A model generated the notes under the pieces. It made no database searches. It was not told where the DNA came from and worked only from the letters and a program-made list of their open reading frames with translations. DNA of 64,000 bases from the human T2T-CHM13v2.0 reference genome, Homo sapiens. Numbering within the stretch: the first letter of the stretch is position 1; each line of letters starts with the position of its first letter. The stretch lies in assembly GCF_009914755.1 (NCBI RefSeq), contig NC_060925.1; one strand, 5' to 3'. A program made the position numbers and the translations under genes. Shown here piece by piece: positions 12,730-26,925 of the stretch.

Positions 12730-13230
12730 CCATTCATGTATTCAACAAATATTTACTGAGCACCTATTTGGTGCTGGGTGATATACTAAGTATTGGGGAT
12801 TTCACCTGGAGCAATTATGGCCCTGCCCTTGCAGAGTTCACAGTCTGATGGCGGGATACAGACGTGTCAAGGGATGGTCACAGTGGAGTAGGATAAATGC
12901 CATGAGTGCACACTGGAAGCAGGGCAGTGTGCAGTTATGTGGGGTGTGGCTGTTCAAGGGCTGTTGGCTGAAAGGATGAGTAGAGGCTGAAATCCAGCCT
13001 ATCCTCTACTTCTCAAGACATGTACTGGCTAGAGGCAGGGGAGCCTTTTTGTAACTCACAGAAAGGCTCACAGGGACCAGCAGTGACCCTGATTGGAAAG
13101 GCACCTACTCTGGATTTAGCATGGAAGGGAAAGCTTCTTGGAAGGAAACTTTTCAATTGAGACTTGAAAGATGACCAAGAATTAGCCAGACAAGGGAAGC
13201 AGAGGAGAGGTGGGAAAGAGCATTCTAGGT
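12730..13230 (-). mobile_element. L2 3' region interrupted by MER91A
   Basis: 'cattcatgtattcaacaaatatttactgagcaccta' is the L2 terminus; L2-like sequence resumes after 13100. Confidence 0.85.
12920..13091. mobile_element. MER91A hAT-Tip100 MITE
   Basis: cagggc...ccctg termini, internal 'ggctgaaatccagcct', degenerate 8-bp TSD actggaag/attggaaa. Confidence 0.8.
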
Positions 13231-13444
13231 AGAACCATAATCACCAACACTGAAGATAATGCTTAGCATGTGCCAGGCGCAGAGCTGAGTGCTTTAAAAG
13301 ATTAATACTTTTAAGAGGAAGTTGCATACGGAACAGCATGGAAGGGCAAGAAAACCTGGCACTTTTGGGAAACTGAAGTGAGTTCATTTTGGGAAGAGCA
13401 TGGAGTTCAGAGGAGAGAGAGATCGTGAAGACTGGAGTGATGAT

Positions 13445-13690
13445 AATAGCTAGTTAAAATTACTTCACACTTGCTCTATGCTGGGCAACCTTCTGAGTGC
13501 TCAGTACATATTGACCCATTTAATCCCCATGACTGTATGAGGTAGATACTATTATTATCCTCATTTTACAGATGAAAATGAGGCTGGGAAGGATTAAGTA
13601 ACTTGACCTGGGCTACACTGCACAATGTGGGAGAGAGAATCTGCACTCCCCCTGACTGCAGAGTCCAGGCTCTTAATTCCCACACTGCCT
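13445..13690 (-). mobile_element. MIR SINE
   Basis: 'attattatcctcattttacagatga...aggattaagtaacttg'. Confidence 0.9.
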
Positions 13691-14195
13691 CTACGGGAAG
13701 AACTCAAGATGAAAATAGGTCTCCAAGGATTGACTCAGCAGAGGAGAAAAGGGAAGGCATTCCAGATGAGGTGACAGATGTCAACATCAACAAAGCAGAT
13801 TCACACTGAAACTCTGTGAACAAGGAGAGGCTGGCTGCATGGTGCCATCTCTAGTCTTACTTTTTCAGCAACCCTGGGAAAATGAAAATCCTTCCTCCTA
13901 AATCATCTCATTCATCTCTAACCACAATCCCATGAAAGTTGAATGTCATATCTCCACTGTAACAATGAAAGAAAACAAAGCTTGGGGACAGTAAATGACT
14001 TTTCTCTCAAAAAATAGATCTAGAAGTTTCCTTATTCAGGAAGTTCATTTGTTCTTTTTACCTTCCTTCCTTCATTCATCATCTATTTATTGAACATCTA
14101 CAATGTGTCAGACACTCAACTAGGCTTGAGAGAGTAAGGAACAGAGTATATTCCCTGACCTCAAGTGAATAGGGTTTTAAGTGATGACAGGTCAG

Positions 14196-14705
14196 TGTGG
14201 GTTTTTAAAACATGTCTGCAAATTCTTTGAGACTCATCTCATTGAAAGATGGAGTTTGTGACTACTCTTGAATCTTGGTTTACCTTCATGATTTGCATGC
14301 AGCCAACAGAATGCAGTGGAAGTATGCAGCTTCTGAGGCTAGGTCCAAAAAAATGGCCAGTCAACTATTCCTCACTATGAGGAACACTAGCTGCCAAGAA
14401 AGAAGTCCAACTAGCCTGACATAGCCATGCTGGAGAGGCCACGTGTAGGCACTCTGGTGACAGCTCCAGCTGAGCTCCCAGTTGATGGCCAGCATCATCT
14501 GTCAGCTGTGGATTGAGCCATCTTGGACGTCCAGACCCATCAAAATTTCAGATGCAGCCCTAGCCAACATCTTACTGTAACTGCACGCAAAACCCCAAGC
14601 AAGAACTGCCCAGCCAAGTCTCTTCCACATTCCTGACCCACAAGAGTCTGAGTAAAAAACAATGGTGGTTGTATTACAGATGTAATTTGTTATATAGAAA
14701 TGATA
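14196..14705 (+). mobile_element. MaLR LTR, MLT1H-like
   Basis: 'gccatgctggagaggccacgtgtaggcactctgg', 'gagccatcttggacgtccag', 'aagaactgcccagc'. Confidence 0.85.
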
Positions 14706-16439
14706 GCTCTAATCATCAGCCTCCAAGAATTGAAGAAAGCAGCAACTCAGGGGATCCACTAGAGATAGGGCTCAAATCACTAGAGAAGAAATTGCTAGTC
14801 TTCAGCAGTGAGCATAAAACCTTCAGCTATCTCCTAGATTTTATTGCAAATTGGTCTTCGGGAAGGAGGGGCGCGGGCAAAAGTAGAGGAGAAAAAGTGA
14901 AAATGAGCATTATTTAATAGAGGAGTTTATTTTGCATGTTGCTTTCGGTTTGAGCTCCTCCCCTATATACGCATACCCATGTATACATACACCCACAGAC
15001 AGCAGGCAGTGCAGGAGCCTGATTAAACAAGGAGTTATGATTGTCCCTAAGGGAGCCTACTGTTCTCAGTCTTCAAGCTGGTAATGAGTAGTGCTATCTG
15101 CTTCTGCTTTAGGAGTGATATCCTGATTGAAGTCTGCATTGACTTTAATTCAGGTGTGTCTGTTGAAAGGTTATTGTAGCCGAGAGTGGACAAGGGGGTG
15201 TTAGATGTGTAATGGCGGCAGCTGGAAGAGGAAAGCATGCTTCTCAAGGTCCCATCAAGCACTGGCTAGATGAGAGAGAAGCAGGTGAGGAAGGCAATGA
15301 TGAGGGGCAATGGGCATGGGCTCCTGCATAAAGAGCAGTACCTCTCAGAGACCAGGGTATTCACTTCCTACATTCTGTGTCCTCGCTTTCCCTCTTTGCT
15401 GTGAATATGCATGGAAGAAAAAAAACAAGGAAGAGAGATGATGGTGATTAGTAATGTGTTTCAACTATGGCCCTGACCTTATCGGAAAAGAGACAGAGAA
15501 GAGTGTAAGGTCTCCTTTCAAATCGGTCTGCCTCTTTGAAGAGCAAATCTCTTCCCCATCTCCAAGGGCTGGCCTTGCTCTCTTCTTAACCCATCAATTA
15601 TGGTGGAAGTCATATGATTTCACCAGAAATATCTACAGGCAGCTCTTGGGGTTAATTCTGAGAGGTTCCAGGTAAATATTCTTCCTTAATTAATGTTTCT
15701 AATTTTTAGTCAGTTTGAAATTAAAGAACTTTACCCATGGGCCATCTGAGATGTTGGCTGTCTGTTCATTCTTGCAGGGACCCACAGGACCATTTTTCAA
15801 CCTCATTTAACCTGCAAAACAGCTGTTGTAAGAATTGTTGGAGGACCGTCTTCCCCTCAAAGGGGGTGTGAGTGGCAGGAACTGATTAGGATTCAGCGTT
15901 GGTATTGCCTGTGGCCTGTCATTTGAGGGAGTGAGTCCCAGGTTCCCACTACAAGGTGACTTACTTCCTATCAGAGCTCCGTCTGGATTTTCAAAGACAC
16001 CATATCATTGGCACAGACTCATTTATAAGTTGGAGACTGGCTCAATGAGGTGTATCGGGCCTTAAAGTATTTTTACCTGCTCTGCTGTGAAACTCAAATT
16101 TTACATGTTTATATCCCTGAAGTTGAGTGAGTAGGCATGGGATGGAGGAGAGAAGGATCCAGACTGGTGGGGCAGGGTCTATTTAGGGAGTAACTAGATC
16201 CCAAGATTCTGCTTGACAGGTGCTGGGAACCTGTCTCCCCTCTCAGTTGAGGCAAGGTTCCTGCTGGGGTCAGCAGTTGATTTTCATTCTCTTTGAGACA
16301 CATTCTCAAGGACTGTTCTCTTAAACCAACCTTTGTTACCATCTTGTTGAATTTAAGTATGGAACCTAAGGACATTTTCAGGACTGCTCCAAGTTCTATG
16401 TGGTTTTGAATAAATAGCTATATTTATTTGCTACTAGAG

Positions 16440-16610
16440 GAGAACTTAGAGATAATTTAGGTTAGCTTCTGCATTTTACAGATGAAGAATTTAGTGCTTT
16501 GAGAGATTAAGTGTTTTCCTGAGGTTATACAACTAGTTAGTGACCGAGCTAGGAATAGAACCCAGGTCTCCTGGCTCTCAAATCTGTATTATTTCTATTA
16601 TACTATATTG
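16440..16610 (-). mobile_element. MIR SINE
   Basis: 'cattttacagatgaagaa...ctagttagtga...gaacccaggtctcctg'. Confidence 0.85.
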
Positions 16611-16647
16611 CTTTATCTAAAGGAGTACCTGTAAATTGATTTAAAGC

Positions 16648-16822
16648 AGAGTTTCCAGATAATTCTTCGTTGTGGGGGACATTGTATGACGTTTAGCAGC
16701 ATCTCTGGCCTCTACCCATTGGGTGCCAGTAGCAACCATTTCTACTGTCCAGTTGTGACAAACAAAAATTTTTTTAGATATGGCCAAGTATTGCATGGGG
16801 ATAAAATTGCTCCTAGTTGAGC
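16648..16822. mobile_element. MER20 hAT-Charlie element
   Basis: 'ccagataattctt...gtttagcagcatctctggcctctacccatt...tgccagtagca...agttgtgaca'. Confidence 0.9.
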
Positions 16823-17129
16823 TAACGATTCAAAGTTAGTGCATCTTTAGAGAAGAAATGGGCTTATGTTAACTCCTCCTGGGCATGCATGAGTATACAT
16901 GCATTTGAGTAACAAGGATATGAGAAGATCTACTTCCTAACTATGGCTATATAGGGTGATGGGAGCTTGAGGGAAGACCATAGCTGCCTCCTCTTTTATT
17001 TAAATGCTGAGATTGTGTGCTACCATGTAGAGGAGGAGGGGACAAGGATAGGGCGAGGAAAGAGAGGAAACTAGTAGGATATTTTGTTTTTAATTTGGGG
17101 AAGGCAATTGCTGTGAACATTCCTGCCTA

Positions 17130-17637
17130 AGGACTTGTATTCAGAAGATAAAGAACTTAAAAAAATTAATAAGAAAACAACCCAATTTTAAAAACTGGGC
17201 AAAAGCTTTGAACAGATACTTCACCAAAGAAGACATAAAGATGGCAGATATGCATATGAACAGATGCTGAGCATCATTAGTCTTAAGGAAAATGCAAATT
17301 AAAACCATAAGGAGGAACCTCTGCATAACTAAGAATGATGAAAAATGTAAAAGACTGACCATGTCAAATGTTGATGAAGATGTCAGGGAACTGGAACTCT
17401 CACATAATGCTGGTGGGAATGCAAAATGGTACAGCCAGTTGGAAGACAGTTTGGTAATGTCTTAAAATGTTAAACATACACCTACCATATGATCCAACCA
17501 TTCTACTTCTAGGTATTTACCCAAGAGAAATGAAAGCATATGTCTGTGAAAGCAAATGCAAGCGCTTGTACATGAACCTTCATAGCAGCTTTAGCTGTAG
17601 TAGGCAAAACTGGAAACAACCCAGATGTCCATCAGCA
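17130..17637 (+). mobile_element. L1M (MB/MC/ME) ORF2 3' fragment
   Basis: 'aaactgggcaaaag...atacttcaccaaagaaga...tgctggtgggaatgcaaaatggtacagcca...ctaggtatttacccaagagaaatgaaa'. Confidence 0.9.
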
Positions 17638-18609
17638 ATTGCTTTTTAGACATTATTTTGTGAATGAGACATTTTACAATCCTGTCAGCTAATCAAGTTT
17701 GGTAGAGAAAAGGATCAGAACGAGAACATCTGTTTATGCCAGAATACTGGCTTGATTTCTGGGTGTGTCAGAATGTCTTTAAGTATTCTCTTTTGGCATC
17801 TGGATTTGGCAATGGAGTTGGTAATCTTCTGTAAGTCCCAGGTGGGCTATTTTAATGATGATAGCTTATGATGGATTAACGTTTACGTTTTTCCTTAAAA
17901 GAACACATCTGGCTCCAACTGCTAGCTCCTTTAAAGCATTTTATTAATACCAACGTTAACACATTTGAGGGGTCAAGGTGTCATTGGTTACTATTGACCT
18001 CTCTCCTAAAGATGGCAGGCCAGGTGCCCTTAGGGCTACAATTCTATCGAAAGAGTAAAAAATGGGAACCAAGAAAAGAAAACGTTTCAAGGGAGGGTAG
18101 AGTGATCAACTCCTGCCCCAGAGGTAACTTAGACCTTCTGTGATGTATGTGGGTTGGTTGAGACTTGTTGTAGAATCCATTTTTTATTTAATCCTTTTTT
18201 TTAAATCTCCTAGTATGTGTTGAATATTGAGATACACACAGGAAATAAGATATGGCCCAGTCCTGTCTTTAAACATCTTATAGTCCAGTGAAGAGAAAGA
18301 CAATGTGCAGGGACAGTACAGAGTGATGAACAACATGGTGGATGTGGCCATTGGATGCTGCCAGCAGAGCATGCAGGCTAGATCCTTAATGAAGAGTGAG
18401 GTAGGAGTTGGTCAGGAATCACTTGAGTGTTCCTCCTAAATGTCTTAGCTTGGTGCTGGCTGTTATGGTGTGAGTGCTTAAAATTACTAGGAAAACATAT
18501 AATTCTTGCTCTCCAGGAGATTTTAATCTAGTTAAGGAGATGAGATTAATACACATAGGATTAAGATGACCATGAGTTGATAGTAGTATAATATATTAGA
18601 AATAATACT

Positions 18610-18770
18610 GTACAGAAATAGTAATTCTGGCCTGGGATCTGCTCCTACTTGACTCTGTAACCCTGGGAAAGTCATTTACTGGGTCTCTTGGCCTCAGTTT
18701 TTTAAACTCTAAAATGAGAAGCCTAGATAACAGTATATGATATGTGGGGTCCCTTCTAGCTCCCCAATCT
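18610..18770 (+). mobile_element. MIR SINE
   Basis: 'ctgggaaagtcattt...gcctcagttt...taaaatgag'. Confidence 0.75.
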
Positions 18771-19986
18771 GTGCTGTGGGGGTGTTGATGGGAGACCTGG
18801 ACAGGAATGGGTATGGCCAGTTTGTCCTCGCTAGAGAGATTTGCCTCAAGGAAGCAGAGAAGTTGTTGTTGAGAAGAAATAAAATCCATTATAAGGTTGG
18901 GTAAAACTGTAGGAATCAGGGATTTTTAAATTTTGGAAGTCATTTTGTGGGAATCATATTTAAAGCTAAAACTGAGTACAAATCTCATCTTCCTGGGATC
19001 AAGGACGTTAGTTCACTGGGTGCTTTTCTTCAGTAATCCCTTTTGATTGTCTGGCTTTGAATTGGTCCTGGGTTTCTGATGGTTATTAATAGAAACCTGT
19101 ATATATAGAGTGAGAACTCTTAGCATGTTTTTTGTTGTCTTGGTTCCTTCCCTCTTGGCATGCAGAATTAACCAGTGTCACCAATCCCATGATTGGAAAG
19201 GCATTTTCTCCCCTTGCCTCTTTCTCTCGTAATTCCTTCTATCTGATCCCTCAGGAAAGATGCTCTGATCTAAGAGTATCCCAACAATGCACAGCAGTGT
19301 TATTTGAAAGAAAAACATAAATAAGGAACTTTTGCAGAACCAGAGGGAAGGAACTGCATTCTCTTTTCTCTGCCATATCCGGTAGCACCTGAATGCCTCC
19401 TTTGTCTGATTCCCAGAGTTCCCAGGGTTGAGTAACCTTTCCTGGAGCACTGTAGGCCCCACCTGGCAACTTTGTGAGTGCTTATTTTGCAAGATGAGTT
19501 CAAAGTTTATGTTGTCTTTATAAAGGGTCTGAAAGATATGGAAGAGACTTTTTGGACTGGGGTAATAGCAATATAATTTCTACACTTGTTTCTGTTTCCA
19601 GACTCCAGAGCTTTCAGAACTCCCATTTCTACATGTATCAGGCTTGAAAACTTACCTATGAAAATAATTTTTGTCCCGTCCCCCCCACATTGTCCTCCTT
19701 CCATACCTACTGTGCCAGAGAGCCTTTCCTACAGCTTCAGCATCTTATTCCCTATTGAAATGTAACTTGCCAACACTACTTTGGGAAGACAGGTCTAATT
19801 GTCAGACTTGATTCCTGCACATGATCTGATGGCCTTCATGAGAAAGAAGGCTGTGAGGACATATATTCTATGTTATCCACAATTTCAAGGTCACAGTAAT
19901 TGGTTGGATGCCAACTTTTCAAACAGAGCTGGATGACACAAAAGGATTTACTATGGTTCTGCCTGGAATAATTAAAATCAAAAGCT

Positions 19987-20120
19987 GGTCGTGTGTGGTG
20001 GCTCACACCTGTAATCCCAGCACCTTGGGAGGCTGAGTTGGGAGGATCGCTTGAGGCCGGATGTTCAAAACCAGCCTGGACAACACAACGAGATCCCACC
20101 TCTAATATATATATATATAA
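19987..20120 (+). mobile_element. Free left Alu monomer (FLAM_C-like) with (AT)n tail
   Basis: Single Alu left arm; TSD-like aaatcaaaag at 19975-19984 and 20119-20128. Confidence 0.9.
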
Positions 20121-21609
20121 ATCAAAAGACCTTTGTTGATATGGGTGTGGCATTTTAGGTAACTAACAAACACCATGGTGTTTGACAAGTGATAACATAA
20201 TTTATTGATAAGGCTTTATCCCATATTAAGTACACTGGCAGTTACAATCCCCATGAAGTAGAAGAGATAATTGAGACTCAGGCATGTGAAGTGCCCAAGG
20301 TCTTGCAAATAATAATTGATGATATTGACTTTCAAATTCTGATCTTCTGACTTGATGCCAAGTCTAGTGTGTCTTCCATTACCCATATGCTTTTCTATGT
20401 GTTATTTATGGAACTTTTTAAATTTACCATAATCTTCTCTCATTAGATTAAAAAATCAACTCTTTAATGGCAGTGGCTATTATGAAGTAGCAGGAAAAAT
20501 CAGAAGGACTTCTAATATGCTCCGCTTTTACCTGAAAAAAGTTTGCAGCAGAGGAGAGGGGGCAGAGAGCTTACATCAATTTCCTTATGACCCTTTAGCC
20601 TCAGGGGTTATGGCCTGGACCATGCTGATGAGCCTCACAACTGAATGTTTCTCTAGAGATCCTAATTGACAGGGTCCTCCAACAGATGAGTGTCGGTCAT
20701 TCTGTATGCCATTTTATTCACCCCAACTCCACCAACACAAATAACAACAAACCATAAACATTCATGTCCCTAATTCATTTCCTTTGGAGATTAGAGGTTT
20801 TGTTATATACACCATTAAAGTCTTCGGGGACCCATCTCAATATGTTTTTTTCATCTTGACTTAAATCCAACTCTTCTTGTTTCTTTCTCCATCAAACCAC
20901 AGCACCCCCCCCTTTCCTTTTATCAAGGGGTGATGGACAATAGATGATAGCAACAGTTTCTATGGTAACAGCATCTGAGTCATCTCCTTGGAAACCTGCA
21001 TAAAGGCCTTCCATCTCCAGACCAGCTCAGTGCAACTTTGAAGGCCTTTGTTCCCTTGAATGGATCAGCGTGGGGGAGCAAGCTCTCCCGGGGTTTGGCC
21101 ACTGCAGTTTCCTTTGGTTCCTGATGCCCATGGCACTTTGGATATAGAGTTGGATTCAACCAAAGGTGGGGGATGGTGGGACCTGGAGTGCTTTTCTCAG
21201 CCTAGCCCTTGGCCAGAATGCATTGTCCCTAGTCCAGCACCAGATACCCTGCAGATTTAGCCAATAGATGTCTCACTTTTTAAAATGTCCATATGACTCA
21301 GCCAGGCTCCCACAGTGACCATCTATGGATCAAAATAAAGCAATGTCTCATGTGAACACAGATGAGCTGGGTATTTTAGTATGGTCACGAAGAGAATCCT
21401 GAAAGAGGGCACCATGGGGCAGCTTGTAAGAATCCCTTTCCTTATGGTGTCTTTCAAATGCAGCAGTTTTGTTACTTCAATGAAAGCAGAATGGTTTCCA
21501 GTGGCTAAGAGGATTAATTCTCTTGTCATCATCCACACCAAATAAGAATCACAAACATATCCATTGTACTGCATATTTTGGAGATCATTTTCATATACAT
21601 GAGCTCAAT

Positions 21610-21960
21610 TAATCATCTATTCAATGGTTGAATATGTGTTAATTTGAAACCTACTATGTGCTGCATAGGGTATTGAAATTTGGGATACAATCATGAGAAA
21701 AACAGACATGGTTCCTGCTCTAATGAAGTTTACTTACAGATAAGAAAAACAAGTGCTAATCAGATAATTATGCATGAGTGTAAACATTCAACCATGATCT
21801 ACTCTGAAGGAGAGAGTCCAGTGTATCAGTGGGCACGAGAGGGGGATTTGACCAATGGGGACAACTTCCCTGAAGAAGTGATAGATGAGTAGCAGTGAAT
21901 GGGCCTTTTGCAGATGAGGAAGTAAAGACTTTGTAGGTTGAAGAGACATCCCTATGTCAC
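21610..21960 (-). mobile_element. L2 fragment
   Basis: 'cctactatgtgc...aaacagacatggttcctgctct...cttccctgaagaagtga'. Confidence 0.75.
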
Positions 21961-23575
21961 AAACTGCTAAATGACTAGTCCAGCCCTGGAATGTGAACCC
22001 AGGAATGGAGCAGTCAAATCCCATGCCCTGTCTGTTCCCTTGTTCTGACTCTCAGAGCACTGCCTAGAGTCAGTCCTAGACCAGGTAGCCAAGGAGTGCT
22101 CTCCCATTTCCCCTTTCAGGGCTTATGCTGTCTTCAGAAAGGTTCCTCCCAGCTTCTAGGACCAAACCAAATGCCCATTTTCCCGAGGGGACAGTTCTAG
22201 GAATTTTCTGTTTATACAGACATCCTCCTCCAAGGTGTTATCTGATCATTGAAGTTAGCCTTCCTAGGGATGTTGACCTTTAAATATAGCACTCTAGGAG
22301 GCTAAAAGTTTTGAAGTACCTCTTCCCTCTAAAAAAGGATGGAGATAGGTTAAAAAAGAATATCCACTGATAGAGTATAGGCTTTAGGAGAGAGATTGTT
22401 TTAGCCAACATTTGGAAGCAAAACAGCAGCAGAAGCAGGCGAATCCATTTCATTCATACTCTGGGCCTATCTGGTTCCCTGTGGTTACATCTCCATTTAA
22501 GGGGCAAAGAAAGCTGTATTGTCTCCTCCTCAGAGGAGTGGGAAAGCCCTCCCTCCATAGTCATTGAGAATAAGTGAGTCAGGCAGGGGAAAGTGGGGTG
22601 GGGTAAAATGGGACCACCCCCATGCAGCAGTTGAGGGAGCTGCTGTGTGCACAGCCCTATGGTGATGCAGTGGATGTCTATATTTAGGCATTTGCCTACT
22701 TGTTACATTTTTTTAAACAAGAACTTAAAGGTGGCAGATTCCCCCTGGCATGCGAAGAGTGTGTGAGACTACCTTTCCACCTATAGCTTGAGTTCTTCCT
22801 CCCTCTTATCCCTTTGTGGATACCATTATCAGCCAGACACCTTTTTCTTGAGCTTTTGTAACCCAAAAGCTAACCCTTCTGCCTCCTGCCTTGACGTCCC
22901 AAGCATACTGGAACTTTGACTCTTCCCTTCCTCTCTGGATCACTTGCTGTAAAGGCACACCTTATCATAGCCCCACTGGGACTGCCTTGCCTGTCATACT
23001 TCCAGGGGAGGAGACTTTAGGTATTACCTGCTGTGCCCTCTGTCCTGAGCTTTTTTGTTTGTTTGTTTGTTTGTTTGTTTGATAGTGTCATGAGACCACT
23101 ACCACAAAAATAACCTGTTTATCTGTAAATTCCTTAGTATGAACTCAGCTAATGCCTGTGGCCTATGAGCTGTGTGAATAGAGGTAGTCTGAGTACAGCA
23201 ATATGGTGTCATGCCATCTTTGGCCTAAACAATCCTGCTCTCCCACTAGGCCCTCTCAGCTCATGTCCTGCTGTCTCTGTCACATCTTCCCTGAGTTCTT
23301 CAAATTCCCGCAGCCCCTGATCCCCATGCCATTCACTTGCCATCATTTTCTACTACCTTGTCATTATGAGTCAACGTTTTATGTGTCCTTGTCCTGTTTC
23401 TTCAGAGAGAACATGCAGATCATCTATTACTGAGCAAAAGGGGCTCATTTCCCAATGTACTAGAAGCTAAACACTGTGACACTGGGTTTTTAAGAAAATA
23501 AAAGCTTTATATTGAAAGTTGACTCCCAAGGAGACAGGAGTCAAGCTCCAATCTGTCTCTTCAGGCTGGGTTTAT

Positions 23576-23580
23576 TTAAA

Positions 23581-23618
<38 letters not shown>

Positions 23619-23684
23619 CTGTGTGTGTGTATAAATATATATATATGTGTGTGTGTATGTGTGTGTATATATACACATACATAT
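23576..23684. repeat. Compound (TA)n/(TG)n microsatellite derived from an Alu tail
   Basis: Read directly; adjoins the 3' end of the minus-strand Alu. Confidence 0.95.
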
Positions 23685-23981
<297 letters not shown>

Positions 23982-24020
23982 CAAGGCAGTATATTTATTA
24001 GAAAAGGTTCAGGGGGTAAA

Positions 24021-24337
24021 TTCTTTTTTCTTTTTGTTTTTTTTGAGACAGGGACTCATTCTGTTGCCCAAGCTGGAATGCAGTGGTGCAATCTTGGCTT
24101 ACTGCAGCCTCAGCCCTCAACCTCACAGGTCCAAATGATCTTCCCACATCAGCCTCCTGAGTAGCTGGGACTATAGGTGTGTGCTACCATGTCCAGCTAA
24201 TTTTTGTATTTTTTATAGAGAGGAGGTTTCACCATATTTCCTAGGCTAGTCCCAAACTCCTGAGCTCAAGCAATCGGGCCACTTCCTCCTCCCAACATGC
24301 TGGCTGGGATTATAGGCATGAACCACTGCATCCAGCC
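24021..24337 (-). mobile_element. AluJ
   Basis: Dimeric Alu with J-type features; TSD cagggggtaaattct / cagggggtggattct. Confidence 0.92.
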
Positions 24338-24727
24338 CAGGGGGTGGATTCTGAGATTAATGGATGATTGGTGGAAGGAAAGGGGAGGTCTGGAAATTCC
24401 TTGGGCATGCACAGTTATCTCTGCATGTTGCCTCATGGATTGCATGTGCAAATTCAAGGGGAGGTAGTATGAAGCATGCAGTAGAAATTCAGGCTGTGAG
24501 GTCAGCAAGCCCATTCTGTGCACTCTAATTGGCCATCTTGGTTCCAATAGATTTCAGTAGTTATTTTATCTCGTAAGTGGAGGGAGCTTCAGCAAGTTGT
24601 TTCTTTAATTACCTGCCATCTTGTGAACTCAAGAATTTCTATTAATCCCTGGTTTCTTTAACTCTTTGGGGCACAGTTTCACATATGTGCATGGACCATG
24701 CTTTCTCTTATATTGGTGTCCCTTATA

Positions 24728-24935
24728 GCTGTGTATTCAATATAATAGCCACTAGCTAAGTGTGGCAATTTAAGTTTCAATTCATTAAAATAAAATTAAA
24801 AATAAAATTCAGTTTTTTGGTTGCACTTGCCCCATTTCAAGTGCCCAGAAACTGTATGTTCAGCAGCTATTGTATTGGATAGCACAGGTATAGAATATTT
24901 CCATTATTACAGAAAGTTCTGTTGGGCAGTGCTCT
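24728..24935. mobile_element. MER3 hAT-Charlie MITE
   Basis: 'tagccactagc...catttcaagtgc...tattggatagcacag...cagaaagttctgttgggcag'. Confidence 0.85.
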
Positions 24936-24985
24936 TCTATAGCACTTGGTATATGCTGGTACATGCCTGGTGCCTAATTGGTCTC

Positions 24986-25352
24986 TGCTATGGTTTGAAT
25001 GTTTGTCCCTAACAAAACTCATGTTTAAATTTAATTGTCACTGTCACAATATTAAGAGGTGAGACCTTTAAGAGGTGATTAGGTGAAAAGGGCTTTGCCC
25101 TCTTAAATGGATTAATGTCATTATGGAGGGAGTGGGTTTGTTGTAAAAGGGCGAGTTTGGCCTCCTCTTGTTCTCTTTCTCTCTTGCCCTCTCCACACTT
25201 CTTCCTTCCGCCATGGGACGATGCAGCAAGAAGGTCCTTGTCAGATGCCAGCACCTTGATATTGGACTCCCAGCCACTAGAACTGTGAGAAATTTCTGTT
25301 CATTATAAATTATCAGTCTCTGATATCCTGTTATAGGTGCAAAATGAACTAA
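24986..25352 (+). mobile_element. MaLR LTR, MSTD-like
   Basis: 'tgctatggtttgaatgtttgtccc...gatgcagcaagaaggtcct...agatgccagcaccttgat...agaactgtgaga'. Confidence 0.9.
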
Positions 25353-26769
25353 TTCCTCAAGAAATATTTACTGCTTGAGCCTTCAAGTTAAGTCTGTTTC
25401 TCATGGGTGAAGCCAAGGGTGGTTACAGATATAGAAGAAAACTTATACTTTGCCCAATTCAGTTATGAATTGTCAGAGAGAAAACATTAGAAAAATGAGG
25501 AAAAAAGCTCTCACTTTTCATCCTTAGAAGATCAAAATAAGCAAGATTAACCCTGTCTAGTTCTGGCCAACCACATAAGTGAATGTTTAAGCATTCCCCA
25601 TAATCCTAGATTTTCTAGCTATAACAGTTTTGTCCTTGACTTCTGTGATGCTGAGATCTAAGGAAATGTCACTCCCTTTGTGAATATAATGATCTTTTGA
25701 GAAATGCAGTTTTTTCAACATAAGCAGACTTATCTTCTGGGTTTTTTTTCTTTTAAACATCTCTTGATTTTTATATTTCAAGCCACTTTTTTTCTCTTAT
25801 AAATGTTTTTGCTGACACAGATGAGTAGTTTAGCTGAAGATTTATCTTTTTTAATGCATGAATCCAGAAAATAAGAAGCAGGCGTATCCTATGACAAGGA
25901 AATGATGATTACTATCTTGAGGAGATAATGTCACCTCCTACAGAGGCTACTTAGTGATTGAAGAGGTAAAGGGAAGATAGGATTCCTGCATTCTGGAGTG
26001 GTATGGTTTTTGATGACTTGGCTTTTCCATCTGTAAAATGTACTTTAAGAATCATTTTCTTATTTTTTGAGTAATTGTTTTTGATGAAGGATGATGAAAC
26101 ATTTGTATCATTGTCTCTAAATGCTTTTTAAAGTCAGTGCCTCGTTTCAGCATCTCGCCCTGGGTCTTGACTATAGTAGATTCTTGGTCAATGCCTATAG
26201 ATTGTTTAAGTCCTCATTAAATGTGCATCATGTAACTGCAAGGCCTTCTTCTTGTATCAGGGGCTATAGTTTATAGAACACAGGCAAAGAGCTGGGATTT
26301 CTGGTGACCAGGAGCAGTTTAGGAGGATGCTGTTGGATGGGACTGACATGAACCATTGTGGGTGAATGTGCAAACGTGAGTGTTACCACTGTCCCATGTG
26401 ACTAACCCTCCCCAGCAGGGGCCAGTGGTTTTAAAGGGCAAAGCCATGGGCCTGCTAGATGATGATGGAGCACGAGAGACATGGAATTCAGAGCTAAAGC
26501 TGGCAAGCTGGCTCCTCCACCACTTTGCTGGCAAACATGTTGGCCATTTTAGGGTAAGGAGTGGGAGGCCTTGAGAATCTCATGGATGTGTTTTCTACAG
26601 TAGCTAGCGTGTCACAAGAGGATGCGACTGGTGAATGTGTACAAAGGAGAAGGGACATGAGGAAAGTGTGCTCTAAATTAACTACCACAATACTTTATAG
26701 TATGCCATAGTTTATAGCATATTACAAATTATACTCTAACTGTAGATCACTATAAGCTGGGAACAGGGC

Positions 26770-26925
26770 AATGCATTTTACCCGTACAATCTGTGGTATG
26801 GGTGGTGTTATCCTCATATTGCAGATAAGAAAGATTGAGGCTTAGATGTTTAAGTGACTTCTTGGCACTCACACAGCTGGTAGATTCCTTATCTGGGATT
26901 TAGATTTAGATCTTTCTCCAAGTCC
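26770..26925 (-). mobile_element. MIR SINE
   Basis: 'ttatcctcatattgcagataagaaa...tgaggcttaga...ttaagtgactt...cacacagctgg'. Confidence 0.8.
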
